A DNA stretch of 64,000 bases. It comes from a virus. Taxonomy: Duplodnaviria; Caudoviricetes. Made by a program: the position numbers and the translations under genes. Under the pieces are notes generated by a model. The model was not told the DNA's origin. It made no database searches and saw only the letters and a list, made by a program, of their open reading frames with translations. The stretch is taken from positions 128,001-192,000 of IMG/VR virus record IMGVR_UViG_3300042013_000067; one strand, 5' to 3'. Positions 29,072 to 41,300 of this stretch are shown piece by piece. The first letter of the stretch is position 1, and the number at the start of each line of letters is the position of its first letter.

Positions 29072-29275
29072 TTAGATGCCGAGTTTCTTGGCCAGACGGG
29101 CGGTCAGTGCTTCGCGGATATCAGAATCCTCGAAGAGCTTACCATTCAGGGTTGCGGAGACCTCCTCGGTACCTAGGCAGTTCCGAATCACTTCGGTGCC
29201 CAGCTCCACGGCGGCTGCTAGCGCTTGGGTGTTGTGCGCATGTGCCACGTTAGGGCTAATGTTTTGCTCTTGCAT
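29072..29275 (-). CDS. 67-aa hypothetical protein
   Basis: GAGG RBS inside the end of the beta gene; fills the gap between two conserved genes. Confidence 0.65.
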   Translation of the reverse strand: MQEQNISPNVAHAHNTQALAAAVELGTEVIRNCLGTEEVSATLNGKLFEDSDIREALTARLAKKLGI

Positions 29276-32200
29276 TTGCAGTTCCTCGGTAAACAGCGGC
29301 GACGTGCTTGGACAGCGCAGCCATGAGCATGTTGGTGGTGGCCAACAGTTTAGGGGAGAGCACCATCCGCTCTTCCACGGACGTGTTGCCGAACTTCAAG
29401 TCCAACGGTTCACCAGTTTCCAGATAGTTCTCGCCAGTAAACACACTGGAGATAATGGTCTTCATCTGGTTGGCCACTACACCTTTGTCACCGGTGCCTG
29501 CGGCCACGTCATGGTCGATGTAGATGCGGATAGCCACGTTATCAGGATCGATCGGCTCCCCTTTGATGCGGAAGCTGAAGTCCACTTCGCCGGTGAATGG
29601 GGTTTCGCCCATTGCTTCAGCGAACTCCTTACGCTCTTTGTCACCCCGTTTAGCAACCGACTGGAGTGAGGCCGACATGTCTTCAAAGTCGCCGTGATAG
29701 TACACTTCGATTTTGGATACGGTACCGACAACACCCGCTTTAGGAGACTTAGCCTCCACACGGCGTAGGGTATCGAGTGCGACATCGTCAAAGATCGGGT
29801 TGTTCGCCTGCTCAGGGTCTTCGATCATACATAGAATTGTTTCCAAGTCCACGTGATCACCTACACGGATCAGGCTATCGACGTTTTGATCAAACCGCAT
29901 TACTACGTTGCGGATCTCCGTCGATTGAGTATTGAACTTCTTGGCGGTTCCTTCAGAGATCTCACAGCCGTCTTCCAGCGTGGTGATCTTTTCCATAAAC
30001 GCTACGGTGCAGAGCACGCCCGCTTTCCAAGAAACTTGGGTTGGGTTGTAGCGATCAGTGGCGAAGAACTTGTCGTTGTAAGATAGCGTGTCGCCAGCTT
30101 TAAACGACTGCCCTAGTTTCAGGTCAGTGACCAGTGGATGGGGATAAGTGTGCCCCGCCGCAATACCGTGACGGATACCCAAAGGTACGATGTCGACTGT
30201 ACCGTCAGCATAACGCACTTGCAACGACCACTTCGTGATCTTCTCCACCACACCGTCTTGATCTGCCGCAGTGGCAAAGATCGAGGTGGTTTCTTGACCG
30301 ACTGTTTGTTCTTTACCGGTACGCAGTGGCTGGACTTCATAGCCATCTGCAAAGATACCCTGCTGATGCTGAACCGACACGAAACCAATTCGCTTCATGT
30401 CATCGTGTTCAACACACGGAGAGAGCAATGCCGAAGACGACAGCAATTTACTCGGACCATCACCCGGTTCTTTAACCCGAGTGTTACCCCGCAAGTCGAT
30501 CATGTTGGCATCAGGGGACATGTAAGCGATAACGCCTACTTCACCGGAGTCTACTGTACCTTCCGATACAGTGCCTTCATCATCCTTGTGGAAGATACGA
30601 GTACGTTCAACCATCGATACAGAGGAACGACCACCATCACCCCGATAAGTAAAGCCTTCTTGCTCACGCAAGTTAGCAACCGGGTTGGCTTCTTCCACAA
30701 TACCGCAAGACGGATCACCGACCAGCTTCTGCCACACGGCGTACGGGTTCATCTCAACGCCAATCTCACCACCCGAAGAACGGTTGTTGAAACTCTTAAC
30801 GGCTTTGGACAATTCACCGTAGATCACACCAGAGAAACGTTCATAGCCCCGGTAGCGCATGTACTTCGGATCGGTCTCTTTCGGGCAGTAGTCGGTTAGC
30901 AACAACTCGACCGCCCGCACCAGCAGTTTACTGAACTCAGTAGGCTCACCCATCTGGAGCAACAAACCTTCAGTGATCGGATCGACCCATGCGGTTTTCA
31001 ATGCATCCAGTTCACGCAGGTAACGCACACCCAAGCCCACGTCTTCCAGCAACCGGTAGTAGACGTCCTTCTTGTCGAAGTCCCACACCGAGAATTTCTT
31101 CATGGCGCGGTGATAGCGATTGAGACCGTTCAGGATCAGCGTCGAGCGGTTATCGGCTTTCGACAGTACGATGACCTCGTCTTGGAACACCAGCTTGTAG
31201 GCATCTTCTGGCAGATCCAACGACTCGCCACGTGGGTGACGGGAGTGTTCTACACCCAACTCTTTCAGCAAGGTAGTCAGGCCGAAGTAGTATGCCAGTG
31301 TAAAGCCCACTGGGATGATCTTGTTCTGCACGGTCATCTCGGCCACTTCATCGGGAGCACGGGATGCGTCCAGTCCGATGATGTCAGTCAAGCTACCGAT
31401 GGCTTCTTGACCGTCTTTGGTGTTGAGGTAGAGGACGTTGTTAGAGTCCACGCAGATCGCTTGTTTGCCGAGGTTACCCAATACCACCTGACCAACGGGT
31501 TCCTCTTGCGCAAGGTCAATACCCAATGCCGCGAAGTGTTCGATGCGTTTCTGGAAGTCGAAGAAGAACTTGTAGTCACCGGATGTGAACGAGGTGATCT
31601 GTTTGGCCATGATCGTGTAGATCCGTGGCAGGTGCAGGTCTTCTACAAAACTGTTACCCAGGTGGATATCGGTGATTGTGGTGTCTTCGGCATTACCGGC
31701 ACGGTCTTTAATCGCACTGATCAACCAACGCTCGAAGTCATCCGTCTTACGCTTAGAGCGATCGACGAAGATCTTGTTGAAGTACGAAGTCAGGGCGACG
31801 CGGAAGTCATTCACCTTACGGATAGGCTTATCCGCACGCTGCCATTTCATGCGGTAAACTACGCCGTTAGAAATGAAGCGACCATCTTTGTCCACCACCG
31901 GAATACGGAAGCGTACAGTAGTCTGACGACCACGGATGGGTTTGATAGTGACGGAGTGGATTTCATAGTGGTTCATGGCATCACGCACCACTTCCACTTT
32001 GTAGTCCTTAACCGCTACGCCTTGCTTCTGAATCGCAATGACCGCATTGAGGATATCTTTGCGCATCAAGTTGTTGACGTAGGACTTGGTCGCATGTTTA
32101 AGCTTCGACGACAGCATAGACTTGTCGATGATGGTCGACTTGTCTGGAAACTGTTTGTTCGGCGGGAGCTGCGTGTCCTCAGGTTTGATCTGCATCGCAT

Positions 32201-33590
32201 CTTCGATGGTGCCGCCACTGCCGTATGGATCTGGCAGTGTCTTAAAGCTCATGGCGTCTTCGATAGAGCGATTCATCTTCGCTTGGGTGATAATCCCTGT
32301 CTCGGACATCTCAAACGCCTTGAGGGCGATTGGAGCCACGTTAGGGTCACCTAACAACTGATCGGCGAAGGTCATGGGTGTTTCGTCGACTTCGTCATCG
32401 GTGATATCAGCCATGGTCTGGCCGATAGGGTCATCGAGATCGTCATCGTCGGTAGGTAGGCTGTCCAGCACTTGAGCGGTCGCTACCGGAGCTACCGGCA
32501 CCTCGAACGTATCGACATCAAGGTCAGAGAACAAGTCAAGGGAGCCAGCGGTATCCGGTGCTTTGGCTTCATCCACCAGTTCACTGGCTTCATCGTCATC
32601 GCCCGATACATCTGCCTTGCCGGTGTCGTCAGTGACGGTCTTCTCTTTGATCGTGGTCTTGGCTGTGGGAGCCTTAGCTTCAGGCTCTTCCAGATTCAAG
32701 AACAGACCTTCGGCGTCTTCGTTGAGTTCAGTGCCGTCGATAACAAACTGATGCAGGCCTTGCAGCAAACGCACAAACCGCAGTTGCATGTCCTTCGGTG
32801 CCAGACCACTGTCGTTCTTGACCGACTCATCCTTACGCCAGCTATCCAGCACGCCGAGGTTCAGGGTGAAGAAGTGAGTGCGCATACGGAACAACAAGTT
32901 GATCGATGCGTACGACTCCTTAGGGAGGCGATTCATCTTCGACAGTGCCCGGTCTTCACCCAGCCACAGGTACAGGTCATGTGCATTCAGGTGCGAAGCT
33001 GTAGGAAACAGTTCTAAGCTAGTTTGGTTAATACCGTTAGTGAGGTTATCCCACTTCGACCGCACCGGTATGGTCGCTGGCAACTCGAACTCGATGTACT
33101 GATTCCAGCGGAACCGTTCGTGTGCTTCGGCTACCTTGGCCCAGAAGGTCTGGGTGGTGTTGGTCCAACGGTAGAACGTCGCCTTATACGAGGCGATGTA
33201 CTTGTAGAGTGGATTGAGCATGTTGTAGTTCATCACCAACATGCTCTTATCGTTGATCAGCAGTGCCTCATCTTTACGCAGCGGACGAAACACCCGGTTA
33301 GCCCGTTTGAAGTCCGACTCCAGCGTGTTAGGGTTAACCACACTGCGACGAGGATTACCGAGGTTGCCTTCGAGTAGTTTAACGTGCTCGATAAACAGAC
33401 GACCGCCTTCAGTGTTGAAGATACGGTCCTGAGGCGATGGGCCAACGATAGCGCCGTTATCTCGGTTGTACTGGTAGATCGAACTGAGGGGCAAGATAAG
33501 CTTGCCCATCGGGGCCATACGGGGCTTGAGCAGCTGTGTATGCTGCCGCAGTCCGTAGAGCAAATAAAACTTCGGCTGTTTATAACGCAT
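29256..33590 (-). CDS. rpoB: Virion RNA polymerase beta-like N-terminal subunit (phiKZ gp178-like)
   Basis: 1444 aa; EGTVDSGEVG, PCVEHDD.KR...Q..Q, LEDGCEIS, GDKG....QMK beta motifs; no intein or intron seen. Confidence 0.92.
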   Translation of the reverse strand: MRYKQPKFYLLYGLRQHTQLLKPRMAPMGKLILPLSSIYQYNRDNGAIVGPSPQDRIFNTEGGRLFIEHVKLLEGNLGNPRRSVVNPNTLESDFKRANRVFRPLRKDEALLINDKSMLVMNYNMLNPLYKYIASYKATFYRWTNTTQTFWAKVAEAHERFRWNQYIEFELPATIPVRSKWDNLTNGINQTSLELFPTASHLNAHDLYLWLGEDRALSKMNRLPKESYASINLLFRMRTHFFTLNLGVLDSWRKDESVKNDSGLAPKDMQLRFVRLLQGLHQFVIDGTELNEDAEGLFLNLEEPEAKAPTAKTTIKEKTVTDDTGKADVSGDDDEASELVDEAKAPDTAGSLDLFSDLDVDTFEVPVAPVATAQVLDSLPTDDDDLDDPIGQTMADITDDEVDETPMTFADQLLGDPNVAPIALKAFEMSETGIITQAKMNRSIEDAMSFKTLPDPYGSGGTIEDAMQIKPEDTQLPPNKQFPDKSTIIDKSMLSSKLKHATKSYVNNLMRKDILNAVIAIQKQGVAVKDYKVEVVRDAMNHYEIHSVTIKPIRGRQTTVRFRIPVVDKDGRFISNGVVYRMKWQRADKPIRKVNDFRVALTSYFNKIFVDRSKRKTDDFERWLISAIKDRAGNAEDTTITDIHLGNSFVEDLHLPRIYTIMAKQITSFTSGDYKFFFDFQKRIEHFAALGIDLAQEEPVGQVVLGNLGKQAICVDSNNVLYLNTKDGQEAIGSLTDIIGLDASRAPDEVAEMTVQNKIIPVGFTLAYYFGLTTLLKELGVEHSRHPRGESLDLPEDAYKLVFQDEVIVLSKADNRSTLILNGLNRYHRAMKKFSVWDFDKKDVYYRLLEDVGLGVRYLRELDALKTAWVDPITEGLLLQMGEPTEFSKLLVRAVELLLTDYCPKETDPKYMRYRGYERFSGVIYGELSKAVKSFNNRSSGGEIGVEMNPYAVWQKLVGDPSCGIVEEANPVANLREQEGFTYRGDGGRSSVSMVERTRIFHKDDEGTVSEGTVDSGEVGVIAYMSPDANMIDLRGNTRVKEPGDGPSKLLSSSALLSPCVEHDDMKRIGFVSVQHQQGIFADGYEVQPLRTGKEQTVGQETTSIFATAADQDGVVEKITKWSLQVRYADGTVDIVPLGIRHGIAAGHTYPHPLVTDLKLGQSFKAGDTLSYNDKFFATDRYNPTQVSWKAGVLCTVAFMEKITTLEDGCEISEGTAKKFNTQSTEIRNVVMRFDQNVDSLIRVGDHVDLETILCMIEDPEQANNPIFDDVALDTLRRVEAKSPKAGVVGTVSKIEVYYHGDFEDMSASLQSVAKRGDKERKEFAEAMGETPFTGEVDFSFRIKGEPIDPDNVAIRIYIDHDVAAGTGDKGVVANQMKTIISSVFTGENYLETGEPLDLKFGNTSVEERMVLSPKLLATTNMLMAALSKHVAAVYRGTANARAKH

Positions 33591-35250
33591 GGGCCACCCG
33601 TGGCTTTGGTTTACCAGTGATGTACAGCAGGGTCAAGTTAACGGTGTGAATGTCAATACCAAAAGACATACCGCCACCGGCTTGGATATACGCACGTCGC
33701 TTGGTGAAGTACTTCTTCGCCTCAGCAATGGCTTCATCCGAGTAGGTAGCGTTATAGCTCATGGTGTCACCGTCGAAGTCGGCACCTTTAGCCGTCAATC
33801 GTGCTGGTGGAATACTGATCGAGTCGTGGTACTGTGGCATCCGGTCAGCCGGTAAGCGTGGGAACTCTTTAGCGACGACACTTTCATCTCGTTGCCATTG
33901 GTCATTGAGCCCATAACGCAGCTCACCAGGCACGGTAGTCTTCACGTATTGCATCACTGGCGAGGAGCTGTTGAAGTTCTCTACCGGGTAACGCGTAACG
34001 AAAGCTGCCGTGTTTTCCCACATATCCAGTCCGACTAGGTAGATCATCTCGACATAAGAGATCGGACGCACAAACTTGCGGTTGAAACCGTCAGGTAGGT
34101 CCTGGATATCACGGAACACTTTAAACGTGCCTTTGTCATCCACGTAGATCAAGGCTACATAGAAGCCTTCGATCTCCACCGGACGATGCCGCTTATCGAT
34201 CACCGAGAGTTCATCGACCACGCCTTCCAAACCCTCTTCCGTGGACCAGCGGTCCATGGTTTCGTTGGTGACGTTGACCCATTCCAACGCTAAGGTTTTC
34301 TTGTTGATCAACTGGACTGCGTTAGATGCCGTCGCAAAGATCGGTTCGAGGAGGTTGGTGCGCAAATGGTAGATGGTCTTCGGTAGCGAGGCCGAGGCTG
34401 CTTGATACAGACCGATGACCGAGTCGTTGAACTTCGGACGGTTCGGTGCATCGAGATCGACCGCGGTGACGTCCAGTGAAGAGATCACGTTACGTGTACC
34501 GTTGAAGACTTTACGCGATGCCCATTTCGCTTGGATCATCCCGCCTTTACCCTTGATCAGGGTTTCGAGGTGTTCATAAATGGCTACGACCGTTTGCTGG
34601 GTAGCGAAACGGGTGCGGTCATAAATCGACAAGTCATCACCACGACTGATCCGTTCAGGGAAGTTACGCCCTTGGATCAAACAGCGTTGGTACAGGTCAT
34701 TGATCTCAGACACTGTCACACGACCTACCGCGTCTACCTCCACGTCACGCAAACCCGCTGGCAATACCAACAGGTGGCTGTACATCGCGTTGTTGCGGTA
34801 ACGCTCGATTAGGTCGATCTGTACGTTACGGGTGGTGGAGTCGCCCTTCTCAAAGCGAAGATCCTGCCAGTGCGACATGAAGAAGGTAAAGCCTGTCCGG
34901 CCGTCGATTTCGTTAGCGCGTTCGAACGTGCCTTTGGCTTGACTGAAGATGGCGTATTCACGGCCCGCCATGACGTCAACGAAAAAGCTGCGCATTTTCG
35001 ACAGCACGCGAAAGATGATGGGGTGTAACACGGGTAGGCGCAAGTCGATATGACCAAAGGTCTTGTCACGCATCGGGTCACCGACACGACCAAAGATCGA
35101 GGTGGAGAACAAACCCTCCTCATCGAAACTACCGCCTGGACCATCCATGATCCCCAGACTCTTGACCTGCGGAACTAGCTTGAGCTGTTCGGCTGTGGGG
35201 ATCAAAAGACTGATGTTCAAGGGTAGCATTTTCTTTTTCACACGGAACAC
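33580..35250 (-). CDS. rpoC: Virion RNA polymerase beta'-like catalytic subunit (phiKZ gp180-like)
   Basis: GLFS..IFG, FGHIDL..PVLHP, LLVLPAGLRD, catalytic ADFDGD. The exact start (35250, 35241 or 35229) is uncertain. Confidence 0.93.
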   Translation of the reverse strand: MFRVKKKMLPLNISLLIPTAEQLKLVPQVKSLGIMDGPGGSFDEEGLFSTSIFGRVGDPMRDKTFGHIDLRLPVLHPIIFRVLSKMRSFFVDVMAGREYAIFSQAKGTFERANEIDGRTGFTFFMSHWQDLRFEKGDSTTRNVQIDLIERYRNNAMYSHLLVLPAGLRDVEVDAVGRVTVSEINDLYQRCLIQGRNFPERISRGDDLSIYDRTRFATQQTVVAIYEHLETLIKGKGGMIQAKWASRKVFNGTRNVISSLDVTAVDLDAPNRPKFNDSVIGLYQAASASLPKTIYHLRTNLLEPIFATASNAVQLINKKTLALEWVNVTNETMDRWSTEEGLEGVVDELSVIDKRHRPVEIEGFYVALIYVDDKGTFKVFRDIQDLPDGFNRKFVRPISYVEMIYLVGLDMWENTAAFVTRYPVENFNSSSPVMQYVKTTVPGELRYGLNDQWQRDESVVAKEFPRLPADRMPQYHDSISIPPARLTAKGADFDGDTMSYNATYSDEAIAEAKKYFTKRRAYIQAGGGMSFGIDIHTVNLTLLYITGKPKPRVAHAL

Positions 35251-35301
35251 CCCTCGGGCAAGACAACAATATGATTGATTTCACTGTACCGGAGACCTTA
35301 A

Positions 35302-38300
35302 ATGGCCGGCAAAAAGAAACTAGGTAACAAGGCTGGCTCGGGTCCAATGCTCTTAGGTGGGCTGGACCTTGATGACGTCGATAGTTTGCTCGACGACGGT
35401 GGTTCCTCGCAGTCCGGTAAACGAACCCCTACAGAGTCTATCCGTAAACTAGCGACCACCGCCTCAAGATCGATGCGTGATCGGGTTAACACCAAGACCG
35501 TTCTCGCTTCCTTTATTCGTACAGCACTGCCTGACGGCTATACACGTTTGCTCGGTCTCTATGACGAAACCAAACAAGGTATCGAATCGGTAGTCGACGG
35601 TGTTGAGGAAACTGAATTCGCTAGCTTAGAGAAACTGGCTGAGCGATTCGAGAATCAACTGCCTAAACTCAAAGGCAAGGTGTCGGATGCGGTTTATGAA
35701 CGCATCAAAGCCAAGATTGAAGACCGCAAGGAAGACTACAAACTACGTCGTCAAATCGACCAAGCACAAACAGCACGTACTCGTGGTGATTACGACGAGA
35801 AAAGTGAGAACCTTTCTGTCGATCAGATGTTCGACGAACTGCAGATGGCTGAGGATCAAAACGAGCTCAGCAAGGCTGCATCCGATGTCGAACACAATAA
35901 ATTAGATTACGATGTCAAGCGTGATGGCATCCGGGCGCGTTTGGACAAAACCCGCTTTGATGTGATGAACCGTCATCTCGGCATGATTGCCGATTCGACT
36001 CAGCGTAGCTCTGCTTACAACGACAGCGTAACCTACCAGTTCCAGAAGAAGTCTTTGGAACTGCAAATGCGTAGCTACTTGGCCATGCGGTCGATGGTTA
36101 AGCTGTCGAGTGAATCGCTGTTGTTGCAAAAGCAGGCTTATACCGCCCTCGTGCATAACACCGGTTTGCCGGAGTTCATGAAGGCTACTGAGGCTGAACG
36201 CACCAAGTGGTTTTTCGCAGAACAAGCGCGTAATCCATTCAGGCAGTTAGTCACTAGAACAGCGAGTGACGCGGTCAGCAACTTCTTACCTGGTCTGTTT
36301 AATAACGTTGGCAAGAAAGCCGCGGGTCTAGTACGCGGTGCGAGTCAGGTCGGTGAGGGTGGTATGGGCATGTTGCTCGCCCGACTGCTACGGGACCCTG
36401 CCGAGAACGGCGGTGCGATGCTGGGTGACGGGTTGGCTTCTCTGCTTCACTCAACTTTTATACCCATGGCTGCACGTAAAGCACGCCCGACTATCAAACG
36501 GGTGTCTGATAAGCTGACAGGTGGCGGCGACAGTCGTATCGCCTATGCCCTCGACAACATGGCCTCAATCTCACAGAACTTCGCAAACGACGCCAGTAAG
36601 TCTACCGGTGTGATGGGTAGACTGCAGGGTCTGGTGAAACTGTTTGCCCCGCAGTTCAGGCAAGATGACCTGATCAAAGACGGCACTTATCAAACCATTA
36701 ACCAGTCTGCCTCGTTCAACCAGATGACGCAGCGTTCTATCGTGGAGATCATTCCGGGTTATCTGTCCCGTATCCTCCAGGAAACCCGCATGATCCGTAC
36801 GGGTGACGACACCATCGGTCGTGAAGTTTACGACATCACCCGTGGACAATTCACTCAAGATAAGAAAGCCCAAGATAACTTGGGTAAACGAATCGTGGGT
36901 GTGGGTGCTCGACGCAGTATCACATGGTCGCTCAACAACACGGTTGAGGAGTTCGGTGCCGGTGATGGACAACTCTCGCCTGAAGCCAAACATGCCTTGG
37001 AAGAACGCTTACTGCGTGACGCCATGGAGGGTAAACACTTCGACCCTGTGGCCTACGTTAAAGCCAGTGGTTATGCACCGGGTACTGATCCTGCGGTACT
37101 GAATGAGCTTGAGAAGTTCTTTAAAAGACAGTTCAAGTTCGGCGAAGACGGTAAGCTGGGTAAGTCGGCTGCGAACTACGCCAAACGTCAGGAGTACTCA
37201 ACCCGCTTCAACGAACTACGTGACACAGTCCGTAGTCCGATCGCTGAGATCGAGCGTCTGTTGTCGTCGGGTAACCATACTGCGTTACGTGACTTGGGTA
37301 TCATCAAAACGGTTGAAGGTGAAGACCGGATCGATTACGGTGTACTGCGAGACATGTACCGTGACTTGGGTGACCCTAACGCTTCGGGTCCACTACCCAC
37401 CCCACCTAGCCCAACCAGTCCGTTGCTGACTAAGCTGCGTCAGCGGTTGCGCGAGGCTAGGGAAAGCGGTCGTAGCGGTATGCGTGCGGCTGGTGAAGGT
37501 GGTCGCACGCGTCTGCGTGAGGCTGGGGATAGGGTACGGGAAGGTGGTCGCCGCGGTATGCGTGGTGCTAGACGCATGCGTGATGCCGGACAGAATCTGG
37601 TTGATTCGGTTGATCTGCCGGACAGCGCTGTGGTACGGGCCGCGGTGAGTGCACAGGCTGATGCAGCCCGTGCCCATGTTGCTGCGGCTAAGGACCGTGT
37701 CCAAGACCTGATGATAGCCGGTCGTGACGGTGTAGTTATTAAAGCCGATGAAATCCTCAATGGTGGGTTGATCGATGCGACTACGCAGAAGGTCATCACT
37801 AAAGTAGAAGACATCAAAGGTGAAGTCATTGACCTCACCGGTCGAGTGCGGTTGACTCGGGCTGATGTAACTCAAGGTCTGGTGATGGCTAACGGCGTCC
37901 GACTGGATCTGCTCAAACACCTACCGACTAAGATCCCACCGAATGTACTCGCGATGCTGAATCAGCAACGCCTGTCGATCGGTAATCTCATCCGTAAAGA
38001 AGATGGGGTCGTGTCGCGGGTTAAAGACCTGTATCTGGAAGGGGCTAACGATCCGGTCATTAAGGCCGCTGGCATTCGTGCTGGTGAATACATCGACATG
38101 GCCAGTCAGAAGGTCATCGAGACGATCGATGACATCAGCGGTGCGGTCGCTCGGGTAGATCGTCCGGATGAGATCTTGTTCACGGCGCAGGAAGCAGCTA
38201 CTAAACTGATCGACAACACCGGCAAACGGTTCAAGTCGTCTAAGTTGCTACGCGGGTTGGCGGCAGCTACCGGTCATGGGTTTGGCGTCGCCGCAGGTCG

Positions 38301-41300
38301 GTTCAAGATCGGTATGGCGCTAATCCGTAAAGGTGGGATGCTCGTCAGTAAGCTGCTGAAAGAGGGCTTGGACGCTTACCTGCCGGGTAATTTGCAGCCG
38401 ATTCTACAGACGATCAAACTCAAACGTGGCGAGTATTACCACAGTGATGGTTCGGTTATCCAATCCTTCGACGACTTACGTGACGGTGTATACGCCGCCG
38501 ACGGGAATCTACTGGTTGACCCGGAAGACATCCCGCACCTGATCAACCGTGACGGCACCCAACACACAACCGCTAAACGCCGTGGCTTTATTCGTAAGCT
38601 GGGTAAGAAGCTGTTGATTGGCGCTCCTACTGCTATGCTCAAGGGCATTGGTAAGGTTTGGTGGAAAGGCACCAAAGCCTACTATAAAGGCATGGGTAAC
38701 ATGTTTGCCAAGAAGTTTGGCAGCACTGTGAAGAAGGCCGATGACTACAACAAAGCCGGGATGACTCCAACCGACGGTATCTTGGGTCAAATCTTGGGGG
38801 TGATCGATCGTCGTATGCCTAAGGAAGAGGCAAAGGACGGTAGCTGGCAGCAGAAGATGCAGGAGGCGGAAGCCAACGCGAAAGCCAAGCGGGAAGGCAA
38901 ACGCGGTAAGCCCCAAGATAAGTCGATGGCTGGTGGTGGTCTACTGGCAGGTCTGTCTAAACTGTTCGGGAAGAAAGGCGAGGAGGACGAGGAGTCCGGT
39001 GGTGACACCAACATCGATTTTGGTGGGGGTGAAGGAGGAGAGGATAAGAAGGGTAAGCGGGTTCGTAAGAAACCACGTGGTCGACTAGGTCGCGGTTGGG
39101 ACCGATTAGCTAAGACCAAGGTTGGACGTGGTGTAGGCCGCATGGGTGGTTCTGCGTTGATGCGTGCAGGTGCCGGTATGGGCGCACGGGTCGGTGGTTC
39201 TGCACTACTCAGCGGTGCTGCGTCCATGTTTGGTGGTTCTGCGTTGAGTGGTCTGGCCACAGGTGCCGCTTCGGTGGCAGGCAGTGGTCTTGCGATGGCG
39301 GGTACTGCGGCAGCCGCTGCGGGTACCGCGATTCTGAGTGTGTTGGCTTCGCCTGTCGTGCTCGGGGCTTTGGCCGTGGGCGGTGTAGCTGCAGGTGGTT
39401 ACTGGTTGTGGAACCGGTCAGGCAAAGTAAGCGGTGATTTCCGTGAGCTGCGTTTGATGCAGTACGGTATCGACTCCACTGGTGACAAACTCAAGATCCT
39501 CGAACTCGAAGCTTATCTGGAACAGTTCTCTGTAAAGGGCACTGAACCTAAACTCAACATCAACGGTACCGATCCGAGGAAAGTCTTCGAGATCCTCGAC
39601 ATCGACCCTAGTGACGCCGATGAAGTTATTCGGATGGCCACGTGGATCGACAAGCGCTTTAAGCCAGTGTTCTTTGCTTGGTTGAAGGCGATGCATCAGC
39701 TCACCCCTCACGGGACGCTGATCAACGAGCTCGACGACAAACTGCCAGATGCGGCGAAGTATGATTTCTTTACTATCGTCAAAACTGTACCGGTTGAAGT
39801 GTACCAGCAACTGGTGCACCCACTGGACTCCGATCCAATCGAAGTAACCCCAGCGGAAATCAATGCCAAAGTCACTGAGCTGATCGACGAATGGCGTGAT
39901 AAGGCTCCAGCTAAAGACGAACGCAAGACCGGTGATACCACTGGCGCGGTTCCTATCAAGACTCGTGGTGGCGAAGAGACTAAGGCGGCTGATGGTTCTA
40001 AACCTGAGGACAAGTCTGGTTTCTACAACGCACTGAAGACAGGTGCCATGGCACTCGTCCCAGGGCTGGCAGCTGGCTCTGCTATTGGTGGTTTGATTGC
40101 CAAGGCGAAAGAGGGTTGGGCTGGCGGTATCCTCAGTACACTGGGCAATGCCGCTAAGTTGGTGGCTACACCTGCGTTGCTGGGTGGTCTGGTGCTGAAG
40201 AGCGCTGTGTCGATGGCGGGTGTGTTTAAGGCTGGCAAGCTGACGACGCTTCAAGCGGTGCGTGTGCGAGCCTATGGCCGCATGCAGCTCGATGAGCGGA
40301 CGATCGCAGGTCTCTTTGATTCAGAAGCCAAAGTCTACGAACAAGTACGGTTCAGTTCCGACGGTCAAGCGTACTACAATGGTAACTTGGATACACTCAT
40401 TGCACAAATGGGTGAGATCTTTGCCGTAGACGTCACCGATCCGAGCAGCCGTAAGGCTCAAGAGTTCACCGCGTGGATTCTGCAACGGTTCATTCCAACT
40501 GCTCTGGCTTACTTTGCTGCGGTTAAGCAACAAGGCCAGTCGATTACTCCAAGTCGTGTAGAAACGGCGCTGAAGGACGACGTCAAGTTGTCTGTAGCGA
40601 ACGCCATCATGACAGCTACCTACGAACTGAATGGAGAGAACGTTTCGATTTGGAAGGCTAACACCTTCTTTAATAACGGAACGGCTGATCTGGGGGCACT
40701 GAAGGCTACGGCTGAACGTGAGATCCTAGTCCTCAAGGCAGCGGCCGATAAAGCTAAACTGTCTTCTCCGGGTACTTCGGTTAAGGAGCAGGAGAATCAA
40801 GAGAAATCCAAAGCCCGTACCACTGCTGAAAAGATTATGGACGGGGCATCGAAACTAGGTGCTTCCCTGAAAGAGTCGTTCTCGAACTTCGCTAGCGGAG
40901 TGAAGGATACGGTCGGTGGGGCTGTCACTAAGGTTAAGGACTTCTTTGGCTTTGGTGGGGGTGACTCTAAGAGCAGCACGGCAGCGCCTGCCAACACGGC
41001 ATACAGTGCGGCATATACTCCAGGTGGTACGCTGGAGCAGAAGGGTAGTACTTACTCGGCGTTTGCGGAAGGGAATGGTGGGGCTTGGAACAGCATCCCA
41101 CTGCCGAAGGCGAACAAGAGTCGTGATGCAGCGATGGAAACACTGCGTGCCATTCAGGCAATGACTGGGGTGGACGCAGAACTGCTGGCGACGTTCGCAT
41201 CGATGGAATCGAATTTCGACTACACCGTCAAAGCTCGCACTTCCTCGGCAACGGGTTGGTTCCAGTTCATCAACTCGACATGGGACGGCATGCTCAAGGC

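Noticed and set aside
27473-29176. 567-aa plus-strand ORF, and similar long antisense ORFs such as 31110-32354, 15973-16959 and 39418-40254
   Set aside because: They lie exactly antisense to conserved genes, have no RBS or motifs, and are the expected shadow of strong codon bias.
29256-35250. Possible inteins or introns in the vRNAP genes
   Set aside because: The frames are continuous at the expected lengths, with no Cys/Ser...His-Asn splice motifs or homing-endonuclease motifs seen.
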